A DNA stretch of 63,966 bases, counting the filler, from Basidiobolus ranarum (lineage: Eukaryota), in NCBI GenBank assembly GCA_040143965.1. It is 3 parts of 3 records of this genome, joined end to end, with 100 filler letters (N's around TTAATTAATTAA, not from the genome) between each part and the next. Parts side by side here need not be neighbours in the genome. Positions count along the whole stretch, not along the records: positions 22,717 to 45,297 come from JASJQH010007058.1; 2 more parts are not named here. One strand, 5' to 3'. Below the pieces are notes generated by a model that was not told where the DNA came from, searched no databases, and was given only the letters and a program-made list of their open reading frames with translations. Of this stretch, positions 23,209 through 36,677 are shown piece after piece. Position 1 is the first letter of the stretch. The number at the start of each line of letters is the position of its first letter. The position numbers were made by a program, and so were the translations under genes.

Positions 23209-26200
23209 ACGAAGAGAGATGCAAGGTTTTGAGAGTCCTTAGCAATACGCTCTTTTTATAAGAGTTGCTGGTTGTGAATGGGCTTGATCAGAGTCAGACT
23301 CATACACATTCATCAGGGTTTATTTTTGAAGTAGATCCTTACTATAATCATTTTCCTTTTTGAAATGAAACCGGTATGGAGAGTTGTGTGGATTTTCTAT
23401 AAAGAGTATATATAGGACTTTACGGGATATTGCGTGCTTAGACATTGGTATAGGCTCAACATGGACCAAATTCAAAGTACTTCAAAGGGCAGTTTCCTTT
23501 CTGGTGTAGTTTACATCGAATCAAACCATATGGCACCAAAATGTTGTGGTTGCCATATATGGCACCTACGAGTGATTAGATGGGCTGATTGCTTATTTCC
23601 AACCGGATCTAAGAGTACTGCTACAATGTTGTGACTACATTGCAATTACTAATGGGAAATGCTAGCGAACCTTAAACTAAGGGTTGGGTATCAGATCTTA
23701 ATAATATTTGAAGCATCAACAACCTGAATAGACGCACGATTCCAGATTGATACTGGTCAGGATTGACTTCTATTCGAAAGTAGTTGGATGGGAAACGATA
23801 CCGCCATATCTGTGACCAGAAACAAGCCATTGACTCACATCCTGACTTCCACTCTGTCAACCACAATCTGATGTTCGAAAGCACACGGTGGACCTCCTCC
23901 GGTTTATTATGCCATGGAGTGTATATTTGACTTGGATACTCTAATATAAAAACACACCGGCCTGGCCGGTTTCAATCAATGTTAATTTAATATCTTGAGC
24001 TAGGCTTTGGTAACCCCGGTTTTGATGGAACCAGTCTTGTGCGTATTAGCTGATCCTATGCTAACCATCTCACACTTGACCTGACTGCATTTTGCCATCA
24101 GCGAATTGGTGCCGCGGAGGCTTGAGATTTAGTTTCTTTTGCCCCTTAATGTAAACGACAGAGACTCGTGACCTTGCGACTGATTCATCAGTACAGTTTA
24201 GATCCGAGACCTTGCGGAGTGAGCTGTGACCTTAAATGAATCGATTATGGACTTGCTGTTTCTAGACCAACCTCACAGGTTCACCGATGATAATCACGCA
24301 CCTCTGGTCAGAGAATTGATACCTGTTGCAATAACCAATCTGGTTCAGACCGGCTCAGTGGGAACTAATTCGTTAATAAATAAGCCTTATTTTCCCATCA
24401 TAGAAGTTTCCATTGGGATATTTCAAGACTTGGAGGTCTCGTACACAGGCTAACCTTGTGACCCGGTTCTATGTGGTCCTGATCATGCAAAGCCGATTAA
24501 TTGTATTTTATTGGTCTGACATTCGATTAATCATTCCTGCTACGATCACAATATGGGAGTCGTATGAGTATGCTTTGATGTGGTCTGCAGGCTCATTTTG
24601 AACATGAGTGCTTCCGAGTCAATTGACTAGAACCAACTGTAGACCAATTCAATCCGCTTACATGGGTGAAGCCAATAAAGTAAAGTAAGCAGTTTACACA
24701 TTGTATCACTTGCTGAGGAGCTATCCAGAAAGGTACTTTGGGCAAAAAAGGAACAAGAAATATCACCTGACATCGCAAACTGTATCTATCTTATGAAAGA
24801 ATGTTCTGTCCGATTTTCAACATGGCATTGAGTGTATCTGTTAGTAGTATTGCGATCATGTGAGAGCATTGGACCATCAATTGGCCGGAAGCATTAGTAG
24901 AGTTGCTCCATTGAAATTTGTGGCGTTTACAGCTATTATTATGGTTTTTGCATGGAGGATTGCTGTAAAAGAGCAGTCTCGTTAGCTGGATATGTTAAGG
25001 GTGAATACTGACTTTGGCAGAGTGATTGATCACCTAAACTCAGATAATGACATGAAACTACGTCATGGTGTCGATTCAGTCATCAACGCCTATAGTAAGA
25101 AATATGCCTTTGATGAGCTCCTACTAGATTTCTCCATATAAATTTGAATTCTAAAGTTCAACTTTAAAATAACTACACACTTGAAGTTTTATATTATCCC
25201 AACCTCCCTTCATGAATTCTCGGGATAAAAACCCCAACCATTGAAAATCACATGATCTACATTTTAATGTTTAAGGAATCAGTGCGGTTTTTGGGCCACT
25301 ACACACATAGACTTCGGAGTATATTGACAAACCAACAATGTGGACTAGGTTAGATTCCTTATTTCTACGTCCAACATTATTGACTTGGCGCATAGCTCCT
25401 ATATTTATCCTCTTTGTGGAATATTTTACTTCTGTAAAATCCGCTAATTGTGGTCTCCAATTCTAAACACCTTAGTCGCTGCTGAAGGTGTGTCGTCGGT
25501 AGTTACAATGGTAAGGTTTGTATTCACGTATGTTCTGCAAAAGGCGATATGTTTGAAAATTTTCTTGAGTTAAGTTGAATTTCACCTCTTGACAAAGAAG
25601 CGACTAAGAGAGCTGTTGGTATGGAGAAATATAGCCCCCAAAGAATACTTTGAACCAGAAAACAGTCCCAAAATAATTAATGGAAATACCATTGCTCACC
25701 ACTCATTTGTAGAGCTTTGAACTTGACTCGTCAGGAATCCACATGAAATACCATCCCAGCCTAAAATATCAATAAACTCGATACCTTAGTTGCAATTGAT
25801 TCCGTAAAACTTCATTGGCCTAACTGATGATTACATGATTCTTCCAAAATATCTTCTAGTCAGTATTATATTGAGTATTGATACTGTTCAATACACAATA
25901 AATTCAGTCATAAAGCCCTATCTTGTTCACCTCAAGTATATTCTAGCAAGTACTGTAATACTTACCGGAGAGGGGATTCAAACCAATTCCAATTAAAGAA
26001 TTGTCTAGTGTAACTGCTTATGATCCTAGTTTATGTGAAGCTAAGATACAGAGTCTAGCTGTCAACTTGAACAAGAAAAAAGGCAACATAAACCTGAAGA
26101 ACTGCATAAGCAAGTAATCTAGAGTTTGATTTCTAGTTGAAATGTTTTTAAAAATACTAGTGCAATATCACACTACATCCGTTAACTAGGATAGCATCGA

Positions 26201-26705
26201 GGTTTATGATTTCACAGATTCACATTTGAAAGTGTTTTTCAATGCTTGCTTTCTTTTCTCATATAAAATCAATTCTAGTATACCAACTTCAGAGTCTCCT
26301 ACTGTACCAAAGTAAACAGGTATCTCGTTAAATACTAGGAAAGTCAACGTCATAGGATAAACACTACTAAGATAACGCTATTTGATAAGGGCTCAAATTT
26401 TACCATTGCTAAATATCTGGCTACGAACTTGATGTTTCTGCATTCCCCTTAATGTGCAACCCATACGAATAAGTTAACTTATGGATTTTGAAACAGAACA
26501 TAGTTAAATATGTTCATTTATTATTTACAGATCGCTAAGATTCATTAACAATCCATATACATCAGCTGATTAATTAAAGGTTACAGTTATTGGTTAATTT
26601 AGAGGACCAGTGGTTAACGGTTAAAGTTACGGGATATGTTACTCATAGCCTTCATTAAAATATACTACGATTTCAAATAAAATAAAAGTACAACTAGAAC
26701 GGGTA

Positions 26706-28441
26706 TCATTTATCTTCGTGGATATGATGGAAGTGATCATGATGTTCCTCATTATAATCTTCCTGTTCAAAACGAGCAGCCTGTTCTTTACCTTTAACAA
26801 CATTCACAGTAGCAATCATGAGCAACGGGAAGAAAAGCATAGCAAGTAAGGGCCAGAATGAGTAACGGAGTTCTTTGGTTGCATCAGCAATAGCACCAGT
26901 AATCAAGGGGCCAATCCAAGCAGACCCTTTATCGGTGATCTGATAAAGACTGAAGAATTCATTCTACTTTCCCTTTGGAATAAGCTCGGAGAATAAACCA
27001 CGACAATACGATTGAACGGCACCAAGGAGAAGCCCTATCCACACACAAATTATCCATGCCTCGAATTTATACTTAATACCAAATGGCGCTACAAATCCTA
27101 TGAGACCATAGATCGGTAAAAGAATATACAGAGAAATGATGATAACAATCATTCTTTTCGTAGACAAGTGCAATTTACGTTGAATAAACAACCACACCAT
27201 ATTACCAATACCAGCGCAAAGGGGCACGATCACACCGGCAATCAAAAGCTCCACATAACCCAAACCGAGCGTGGTTTTAGCGAATAAGATGGATACTGAG
27301 GTGATAGTATTGATAGCATCAGAGACAAAGAACCAAGACAAAAGAAACAAAAAGATCTGTCCTAATTTGGGGATATGGCACAATGTTCTGAATACTTTCT
27401 TCCACGAATAGAAGATATACCGTTCACCTTCTGGCAATGGTGGACCTGGGCGAGGCTTTAACCATTTTAGAGTGGCATAGCTGAAAACTAACCACCATAC
27501 ACTGCTAAAAGCACAAGCGATTTGCATACTACATATAGATAATGGTGTGTTACTGAATAGGCTCTCAGTATAGATTTAAAGAGAAAGATATATTTGACGT
27601 ACCTGAAAACTGAACTTCCACTGAAGTATACAATCACAGCACCAAGAATCAGGACCAAAACACCCGCGAAGTAACCCCATGCCATGCCCTTTCCTGAAAT
27701 ACTATTAGCTACACTTTCTGAAGTTTCGAGGTATTCAGTTGGAGTGCCGTTTAAACGCATTTGTACAACTTCGGGATGATAACGGGTAAGAGTTGGAATA
27801 TAGGCTGCATAAAATAGATAAGAGGCGCCAAAACAAATAGTAGCCACACTGCTAGTTAAAGCCACCACCCAATAGAGTTGAGGCTTGTAGGCAGCAAGCA
27901 TGGCAATACCCGAAAGGGAGCCCAACACAGCAAAGAAAAGTAATAACACCTTTCTCCAATCTGATAAATTTAGTCAGTAAATCGTCTGGTTTAGATGCAT
28001 CAAGAGTCCACTTACTTCCATGATCTGCAATGGCTCCACAACTGATGAAAACAACCGCTTGAGCTGCTACGGCAAAGGCACGTATATATAGAGAGTAAGT
28101 ATTGGTATCGATGTACCTACTACCAAACTTCACTACACAAACGTAGCCAACTTCAGTAGTATCGCAAGGAGTAACCATGTCTTGCTTGAAACCTGCCTCA
28201 GCAGCAAGAGATTCGAGAATCAAAGGAATAAAGACCGACATAGCGGAAACGGAAAAAGGTTCAATCTAAGAGAAAAGGGAGAATGTTTAGTCAAAAAGAA
28301 TAAGAGTACTTTTCTATATGGCAATAAGGTTCTTACAGCCCATGAGTAGCTATACCAAGCGCGTAACTCAGCTTTGGTGACTAAAGGAGCGATTTGCTCT
28401 GCCTCCAAGTCAAGGCGCTCAGCTTTTTTCTGGTCTTCCAT
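26706..28441 (-). CDS. ATG22: Atg22-family vacuolar MFS efflux transporter; contains an in-frame TAG at 26964-26966 (pseudogene or base error)
   Basis: [86 protein letters not shown]. The frame continues to the normal C-terminus. Confidence 0.88.
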
Positions 28442-29505
28442 AAATTACGGGTTAAGGAGTTAGATTGAGAAGCGTTAAGGTTAGGATTTTAGTAGAGTTA
28501 GTTTCTGTGTAATATGAAGTGGACGTATGGTGTATTTAATCCAAAGAATGGCTGAAAACCGGTATATCCAGTGTATGAAGAAGACAAGTATAACCTTTTC
28601 CTTTACCGAAATTAAAAATATCCAATGAATGCACCTGTGACCTTCAGTTCAATCTTCTCATTGGTGCTGTTCATTGATTTTTATGCCAGCTTGTAATCAT
28701 GGTGCGACATTCCAGTTATGAAAACCCTGTTCGAGATAAATTACTCTTTGTAATGACTATATTTCATAGACATTGGACTCACTTGCCAAAAGAGGAATAT
28801 ACTCTACAACTGTTGATGACAAACAAGCAATTCTACCTAAAACCTGGAGATCAATTTTGTAACTGACACGTAGTATCCATGCCATTTCAGAGCATTTATG
28901 CAGCAATAGCCTAATTTCCTTAGAATAACTCCAACTGTTATGTGACGATTTGCCCCAAGAAGCATAGAGCTAATTGGTGCAACGTTGAGTTGCGAATAAC
29001 AAACCCCTCATTTGTGAGATACCGCTGTTGATGCGATTGATGGGAGGATCCAATCAACGAGGCTTCAACGCAGAGATCCATAGGCTTAGAGAGCCTAATG
29101 ACCACCAATATTGCATGGCTACACTAAATTGATGCGTTTGACAATTTTGAGACACAGTGGCGGTGCCTAAATTGTCAATTTCAAGCTTTAGAATTCTTGA
29201 TTATCTGTACCTAAAATGTTTGTTTCGTGAGGAATCAATCAGCACACTGAGCAGGGACAGGTGGTTACAATTGAAAAATATGGTTTCAGTGACTTGGATA
29301 CTCAAGATGACTGAAGAGCCATCCTACACACGCACATTGAATTAGCAGCCACTTTAATATACGTCAAAGGTGGGATTGAGCAGGCGTGACCAATGAATAT
29401 TCTTGATGGTTAATGGAACGTGTGTATGTTGGAGTATTTATTTACAAATGCAAGGGCTTAGAAGTAAGAAAGATCAACGTACAAGACCCTTCAAGGTGGA
29501 TGATT

Positions 29506-29883
29506 TCATACAATCAACCATATCAAGTACAAACTGATGATAGTCCAAGAAGAGTGGCAGTTGAGCCGAATACTCTGGTTACGAGCTTGGGGATTCACTG
29601 TGGTGGTAGGGATCTGAGTATAAGTAGCCTCTCCTGATTTGGTTGGTGCCACTGTTCTACTAATCAAATTAACAGAGAGTAAGGATAGAGTGGAGGCGAA
29701 TGGTTCTATTCCACTAGGCAAGGATCCAATTTGCGAACTTAAAGATGACAAGATACTGTTCATAGCAGGATTATTGGTAGAGACCGAAGGACTCTCAGTA
29801 CTCACGGAGGTTGTACCTGTTGGTGTACTCTGAGCCATGATAAAAGGAACAAAGCTTGCACAAAACAGAACCGAAAGTTTCAT
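29506..29883 (-). CDS. Small secreted S/T-rich protein, possibly GPI-anchored
   Basis: ATG at 29883. Signal peptide MKLSVLFCASFVPFIMAQ, an S/T/P-rich body, and a hydrophobic C-terminus (SWTIISLYLIWLIV). Confidence 0.65.
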   Translation of the reverse strand: MKLSVLFCASFVPFIMAQSTPTGTTSVSTESPSVSTNNPAMNSILSSLSSQIGSLPSGIEPFASTLSLLSVNLISRTVAPTKSGEATYTQIPTTTVNPQARNQSIRLNCHSSWTIISLYLIWLIV

Positions 29884-31330
29884 TTCCACAACGGATTCTC
29901 TTGAAAGTGTAGTGTCAAAACGAGAATGTAAACAAATCCTTACATAAAGCCCAATTATTGATTTATATTGCAGAAAAGCGTCTATAACATGTCGAGTAGT
30001 AGTCAAATACATCATGATGATGTGAAAAGTAGCTATTTCGAGTAAATGGTTGTCGTCACCATTACTTTACTGATGCTATGTGAGCAAACAGTTAGGATTG
30101 TACCCCAGTTTGACTCATCTCATTCAATGGGTTTTAATGACCCATTTTTCACTATAAGCAATGGTTGAGCTGACCCTATTAGGGATTACGTCCCTGGATT
30201 GTATACACATCCCGGTGAGTTACAAACAAGCGCTGGCGAATTCCACATCTTGAACTAGCAATATCACTGCGCCAAATGTTTCCAAGGGTGGTTAAATGTG
30301 AATGATTCTAGGTGTCTGAACTGGCTTCACCTTCATGTACGAACCACAAGTGAACTGTATTGATAAGACTTCTCTAACATAGTTTGAGCACTTCATGTAT
30401 TTGAACTCAGGCTCATGTTAATTTGTTATTAATCTAGTCTGAGGTTTTAGGGGGAAGATCTCTGGATTAATTAAAGTTAAAAACAAGCCAAATGGGGTTG
30501 CGCCGGTGCTAATATTCAATAAAGCACGAATTATTTCAACATCTAGTAAATTGAAGTCTTAATAAATCTAGATCAAGATAGTGATGCTATGATGTAGTAC
30601 ACACAAATATAATGGCTCGATTGTCATATATATATTGTTGTACTCTCTAGGTTTGTGTTTCGTACTTAGAAACACCCTAACTTAGATGAGTGTAACGTGA
30701 TGTTTTTGGTTATTACTCTTATGACCACCCGATGAAGGTTCGTGGACTTGGTTCCGACACTGAATTATTCCAGGCTATTCTCTTATAGTTTGGACAATCG
30801 ATGCATCAGGGAATGGAATATAGCATACATGGTAGTTACATTAGCAGTCGTCATCTGGACTTTATGAATCCCAAGCGGCTGCATCCAGTTTGAAAGATAT
30901 ACTCGCGATTTTTTTCCATTTAGTATAAATTTTCATTGACAGGTCTCTTGCAAGCGATGAGTATATAGAGAGCTTTACTCCATCCAAATACTAACAAAGT
31001 ACACTTAACAATACGAAGGGCTATGGGAATGGTTGATTTCGTATGTTAATCCACACAAACTCCATTGTGAAGTTGGTTTTTCATCAACTAAATGACAAAT
31101 TGATTTTTAACCCCAAGAAGCATATTTGAATAAAAACAGACCAAGTTTAACTTCAATTCTACCTAAACTCACTTAAAATCTTGAGCCGGGATTGGTGGAT
31201 GCCAGGATATCAAGAATCTTTTTGAATTACTTCTAAAGATCATACTGAACCATGAGCTTCTAGTATACAACTTGAAATACTCCATACTCATCTCACTACC
31301 AAAATATACCAGTCCTCAAACACTAACACT

Positions 31331-32230
31331 ATGGTGGTAAGCTATTTTTTGAGTACAAAGAGGTCACACGATAAATCTGTTGCCATCTGTGACTCTAGTT
31401 GATCTATTTACAATGGATGACGCACTTTTCTTATTTCTTCGGTTCTTACTTCATTGCTATATACAATAGCTAGTTCTTATTTTAGGTGACCTTCACATCC
31501 CCTATCGTGCTCACGATCTTCCTCAAAAGTTTAAGAAATTACTGGTCAGTATGTTTTTGTACCTTACAAGTGAATGTTCTATTAAAGACATTCATTATTA
31601 GTTTCAAGAGACTTACGATTTTAAAACCTTAGGTGCCCGGTAAAATCCAGCAAATCATCTGTACTGGTAACATTTGCGATAGGGAAACCTATGAATACCT
31701 TCGTACAGTATCAAGCGATATAAATGTTGTGAAAGGTGACTATGATGAGGTAAATATATCGCTTTTCATGAAGATTATGTGGCTTAAGCGACCAAAGACT
31801 GAACACTTAATTATAGAACAATGCTTGGCCATTGACCAAAATCGTTAAACACGGCTCTTTGAAGATTGGTGTTTTGCACGGTCATCAAGTGATTCCATGG
31901 GGAGATAGTGAATCTCTGGGCACCGTTGCTCGCCAAATGGATGTCGAATTCTATTGACCGGACATACCCATCGTTTTGAGGCATTCGAGAGCGAGGGTAA
32001 GTTTTTTGTTAATCCTGGGAGTGCAACTGGAGCTTTCAGTGGAATACCTGGGTAAGTTTTAATTCACTTCACCTAAATACAAATTATCATTCTCAACCCT
32101 CAAATTTAGAGAAATTATTCCCTCCTTTGTTCTCATGGATATTCAAGGGACTACTGTTGTTACTTATGTATATCAGCTAATAGATGACGAAGTTAAGGTT
32201 GAAAAGATTGAGTATAGAAAAGATGAATAA
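31331..32230 (+). CDS. VPS29: Retromer subunit Vps29; apparent 1-nt deletion frameshift near 31947
   Basis: [40 protein letters not shown]...VKGDYDE|...[10 protein letters not shown]...RQMDV[frameshift]ILLTGHTH...[10 protein letters not shown]|...[10 protein letters not shown]...[10 protein letters not shown]. The first coding exon is 6 nt. Confidence 0.9.
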
Positions 32231-34218
32231 GACATGTCGTTCTACATTGTATCATCCGCCACTCTGACTTAATTATTTTTCACTTTTTGGTCTTTTACAG
32301 TCAATTGAGTACATCTCGTTTCTTAATATATTTCTCTTTTGATCCAACTTGCATTTAATTTGAAACTATGAAACTTGAGCTAGCAGAAGCAGCATATCAC
32401 CATACCCTATTGAAACATTTTAACAGTAACTCTTGCATAAGTTGAAGGTATGGGAAGCTATAGTATTCGTTAAAAAATACAACATCAGAAATGATTCATT
32501 GGAAATATAACGATTTGTATGATCAAGAGAATGGAGCATACCCATAGATCATTAAAAGTATGATCACAGCTTAAAGGTTAAACAATTTCTGTTGAACACA
32601 AATTGTAGCTTAGTATGACAATTATATATGGCTTGCACAAGAAACACCTAATGAAATAAAGGTTATTTTGCGTACATATGAGTATGGAAAATGTCAAAAG
32701 CGGCGAGAAAACTAGATGGATTAAGATAATGTAACGGCTTGGATCCTTATGAATTAACAGCCACAACCTTGACTCAATATTACCGTAAAACACTGATGAT
32801 ATAACCAAACTTGAAATCATTCTTCATCCGTCACACTCTAGTTTTGACCCTCTTCCCGTATTTTTGTTTTTCCATTTAATCTCTGAGTCAGTAATATTCA
32901 CACAAAACAGATACGAATACATCTATATAGTAACTTGTAATCCTTTGAATGTTGGCACCAACCAGACTTCCAAATAACTCTGATAGGAACATTGTTTCTG
33001 CCGAAATCATTATTGAGCATCAGCTGTGAATCCTTCATATACATCATATATAGAATAGCATCTCTTTATAACATCCAAATATCTGCCTCACCTTACTGGA
33101 TGGCGTGGTTATTTGCCACTTACAACTTAGGAGCAGGATAGCAAAAATTGGAGCCATGAGTTTTGTAAACTATATATCACCCAACTTTATTGCACATACA
33201 GGCGTATCTGAAACTCCGGAAAAAACGTAGCTCTCTATGTTACCTTATCCATATACATGAAGTGGCCACCCTGATATTAGGAGTTATCAATGTCGCACTA
33301 CACACCCATATCTGTCGAATTTCTAAACAGGATTGATGTGACCTGCTCCTGTTCTCTCTCATAAGCAGAGGTAAACAGTATTTGTTGAAGTAGAACAAGA
33401 CATAAACTCCTCATCTCAATATATTTGGCCAACTCAAGCCCTGATATTAATAAAAAAAGCAACATCTAGTGATTGCCAGTATTGGAAAAATATGAAGCTG
33501 TAGTGAATTGGAATATATCTTACATCTCAAGTGAGTTCATATGACACAACCTATCCAAAAATTCATGTGAAAAGTACTCAGTCCCCAGTACATTTCGATA
33601 AAGATTCGCTTTAGTTCCTTGAGGCTTATAAACTCTCACTTTCAAGAGACCTTTACAGGAATTTTTCTGGCACCAAATTGTCAGAGCCTTCAAGGGCACT
33701 CATAATCGTACTTTGTAATGTTGTTTAGGTAAATTACATGACTTAGAGCTCACGTATACATATACGAATTGAAGAAGCTGAACAACAATTCGTCTTACAA
33801 ATATTTCAATCACTTACGTTTTTAGGACATGGCAGAACAAGAAACTCAAACACCTTTCATGTATCTTTTGCAAGATATTAGATTATTTATTTATCGATCA
33901 ATATGGCTTTTGAAAATTTTCTCCAAATCATGAATTCTTGGCTCGCATTCGATATTAATATATAAGTGAACTATAAAAATAATCCAATAATTGTCGCAAA
34001 TATCGATGATTAAGTGATTATCATTATCAATATTCCATAAAATATAGTATAAATAAATCAATTGTTAACAGAAGTTGATTGGCTGAGCCATGAAATGTTT
34101 ACCAAAATATCAGAGATTGTGTTTGTTTTGATTATGAGCTATACACCAAAGAATGGTGTACATAATAAAGAATAGTGTCAGTTTCCGTATTGACTGGAAA
34201 CTTTCACAGTAGTTTAAC

Positions 34219-35904
34219 ATGGCTAAATCCCAAGACCCTTCGTTACTCACAGCAGAGCTGGAAAAAATTGAACAAAACATCACCCTAACACTTCAAGAGA
34301 TCGATAGAAATCTCTCAAGTTGTCATGATACTGTCACAAATAAGCTTCTTCCAAGAATCGATCAATTCAGTGACATTTCGAAGCAAATCATAGATGATGC
34401 CAAGGTACTTTATTTTATTTCAAGGTATTCCTTATTGCTATGATAAGTAAATTAAGCCTACTTTTATATTTTTTAGCCTTGGCTTCAGTTTTTCGAGTTG
34501 GTGAACGAGTTCGAGAATATTAGTGAAAAAGTTAACAGCACGTTTGATACACCTAGTGTAAAAACTAGTCCTGGAAATCATATTTTCGAGTCACCTACTC
34601 CAGAGAATCGACAAACGTTTACTCCCTCTGCTGAGTTTGAAAATTCGCCAGCATACCCAGTATTGCAAAGCCAGCACACTCTTACCCCTGGAAGAAAAGT
34701 TGATATGCCCAGGTTGAACACACCGCTTTTACAACAAGTCTTTTCCAAAACTCCACAGACTCAGAACGTCCCTCGTTCTGTTCGGTCTGTTCGCTTTACA
34801 CATGATACTAAATTTGGAGATGAAAAGTTCAAGGAGTTTGGAACACCATCTTCACTTAAAAGAGGTATTCTGAAGACACCAGCTACTGTGGCTTCTACTG
34901 GACAATCTTCTGCTGGACCTACCCCGCGCAGTATTAAATCTATTTTGTTAGCAAGTAGAGCTAGCTCAGATCGTAAGCCTGCAACTCAATCGGCCACACT
35001 TCCATCTCGCATGCGTGAAATCAAATTCTCCAGCGAATCTCCAAGCGAATCTCCTATAAGTGTTGACACGCCTTTCTCCACCATGAGAAATGAGAAGTTA
35101 ACATTCGGTACCCAATCTCTTCAACCAACGCCTGAAAACAATGATTTCAGTATGCAATCACGTCAAAGTACAGATGTACAAAGTCATCGTAGCTACAACA
35201 GTAACTCTAGTATGGAAGAGCCAAAGTTAAAAACTCCGTTTGCTAAATTCTATAGTGATGCTGGTTCAAGTAGTACAGATATTGATACACCCACACTATT
35301 TACCAAAAACCTTGATAGAATGAGTGTAGATGACTTGCTAGATTCTGATCGATCATCGATTAACCCTCCTAACACAAAGAGATTTGATGATAACTCACCT
35401 TGTCCTCAGCTTCGTCTCTTCCACAAGTATTCGAACGATGATGAAACGGAAGCCACGACCGATGAAGGTATTAGCCCTTTGTTCTATGTTTATAAATGCT
35501 TTATTAAAATAACACCCACTTTTAACTCACCAGAAAAATCTCCTGATTTCCGACTGGAATTATTCCCCAAGGCTTTCCAGGTAACTTCCCTTTATTTATA
35601 ATTAGACATCAATTGCATCCATTGAGCTAATCAATTCTAAAGGAACCTCCTGGTTCGGATCAACTAGTTACACTTTACGATCAATTCCGACAAGCTCCTC
35701 AGCAAATTCTAGTAAGTGAGCATGGATTTTATTTGATATCCATGGATTGATATTAACCAAGTATATTCACAGAATATGCAAGATCTCCAAGAAGCATTAC
35801 CTGGATTCGGTGGTGAACGGATAAATCTACTTATCAACTTACTTGTCCGTCGTAAGTTTGTTAAGCGTTCCAATAAGATCGATGGATGGAGCATGAGAAA
35901 GTAG
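34219..35904 (+). CDS. ASK1: DASH/Dam1 complex subunit Ask1; multi-exon
   Basis: N-terminal ELEKIEQNITLTLQEIDRNLSSCH...LP...|PWLQFFE matches the Ask1 domain. It is followed by a long TP/SP-rich disordered region and a compact C-terminal domain ending at TAG 35902-35904. Confidence 0.85.
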
Positions 35905-36677
35905 GCTGCATTGTAAACCTCGTATCTTTTGTTTAGTACATCATTTTGCCTATTGACTCGGGAGGATGGAGAGCGGGGGATGGAGGGTTAAACAGTCACA
36001 GCCACTCCAACTTCACGTAATCTCTTGCTACCTCACTTAATACCAATCTTTATAATTCTCTCCAATTTTGTACACAATCCTACCAGAATTTAACATATAT
36101 TGTATAATATATTTGTTATCAATATACGTACGCATTTCTCCGGTTTAAATTGGACGAACTATATCACTTGAACTATATTGCGACGTTGATTGATGACAGA
36201 TTTATTAATAAAATATTCTCAAAGATGGGTAATGGTCTGTTTATGTAATCATACGAAGGTAAGCAATCTAGATTGTGTAGGATCCATATTCTCGGGTATG
36301 TTGAAGAACAGCCATCTATTTTACATTTTCCCAAGCTCTGTGAATGATAGGTTTTGAGGGTGGGCATAGATATTACGACTTGCAACGGTCAGGCGCCTGA
36401 AGGAAATTGGGCAAGTTGAATTAATGAACGACACAAATGAATTTGGATATACGGGTTTCAACAATTTAGGAATTCAAATCATGGATTAATATCAGAATAA
36501 GTATTTTCTATGATACAAATAACCTCTTTGGAAAAGCGACGGGACTCATCGTTCTATAGTACAAAGCGTAAGAGTTGTACAAAAGAGACACTGATTCGAG
36601 AAGTAGTAATGAGTAGTGGGTGGATACATGCGGTGAATCTAAACCGCCAGGTATATATATAGAGAGAGAGATAAGGT

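Noticed and set aside
25958-25990. U1 snRNA-like start (ATACTTACCGG..AGGGG)
   Set aside because: Similarity stops after about 10-18 nt. No U1 stem-loops or Sm site.
23400-26600. Short ORFs in the intergenic tract between the F-box gene and ATG22
   Set aside because: Non-ATG starts, no splice-consistent model and no recognisable protein motifs.
26964-26966. Genome-wide TAG-to-Glu codon reassignment
   Set aside because: TAG is the apparent true terminator of the MRH gene (1914), the PH-domain gene (19124), ASK1 (35902) and the 46344 gene, and I saw no other internal TAG in conserved exons.
33290-33340. IS630/Tc1-like motif HYTPISVEFLNRID
   Set aside because: A single short match with no surrounding DDE ORF or terminal inverted repeats.
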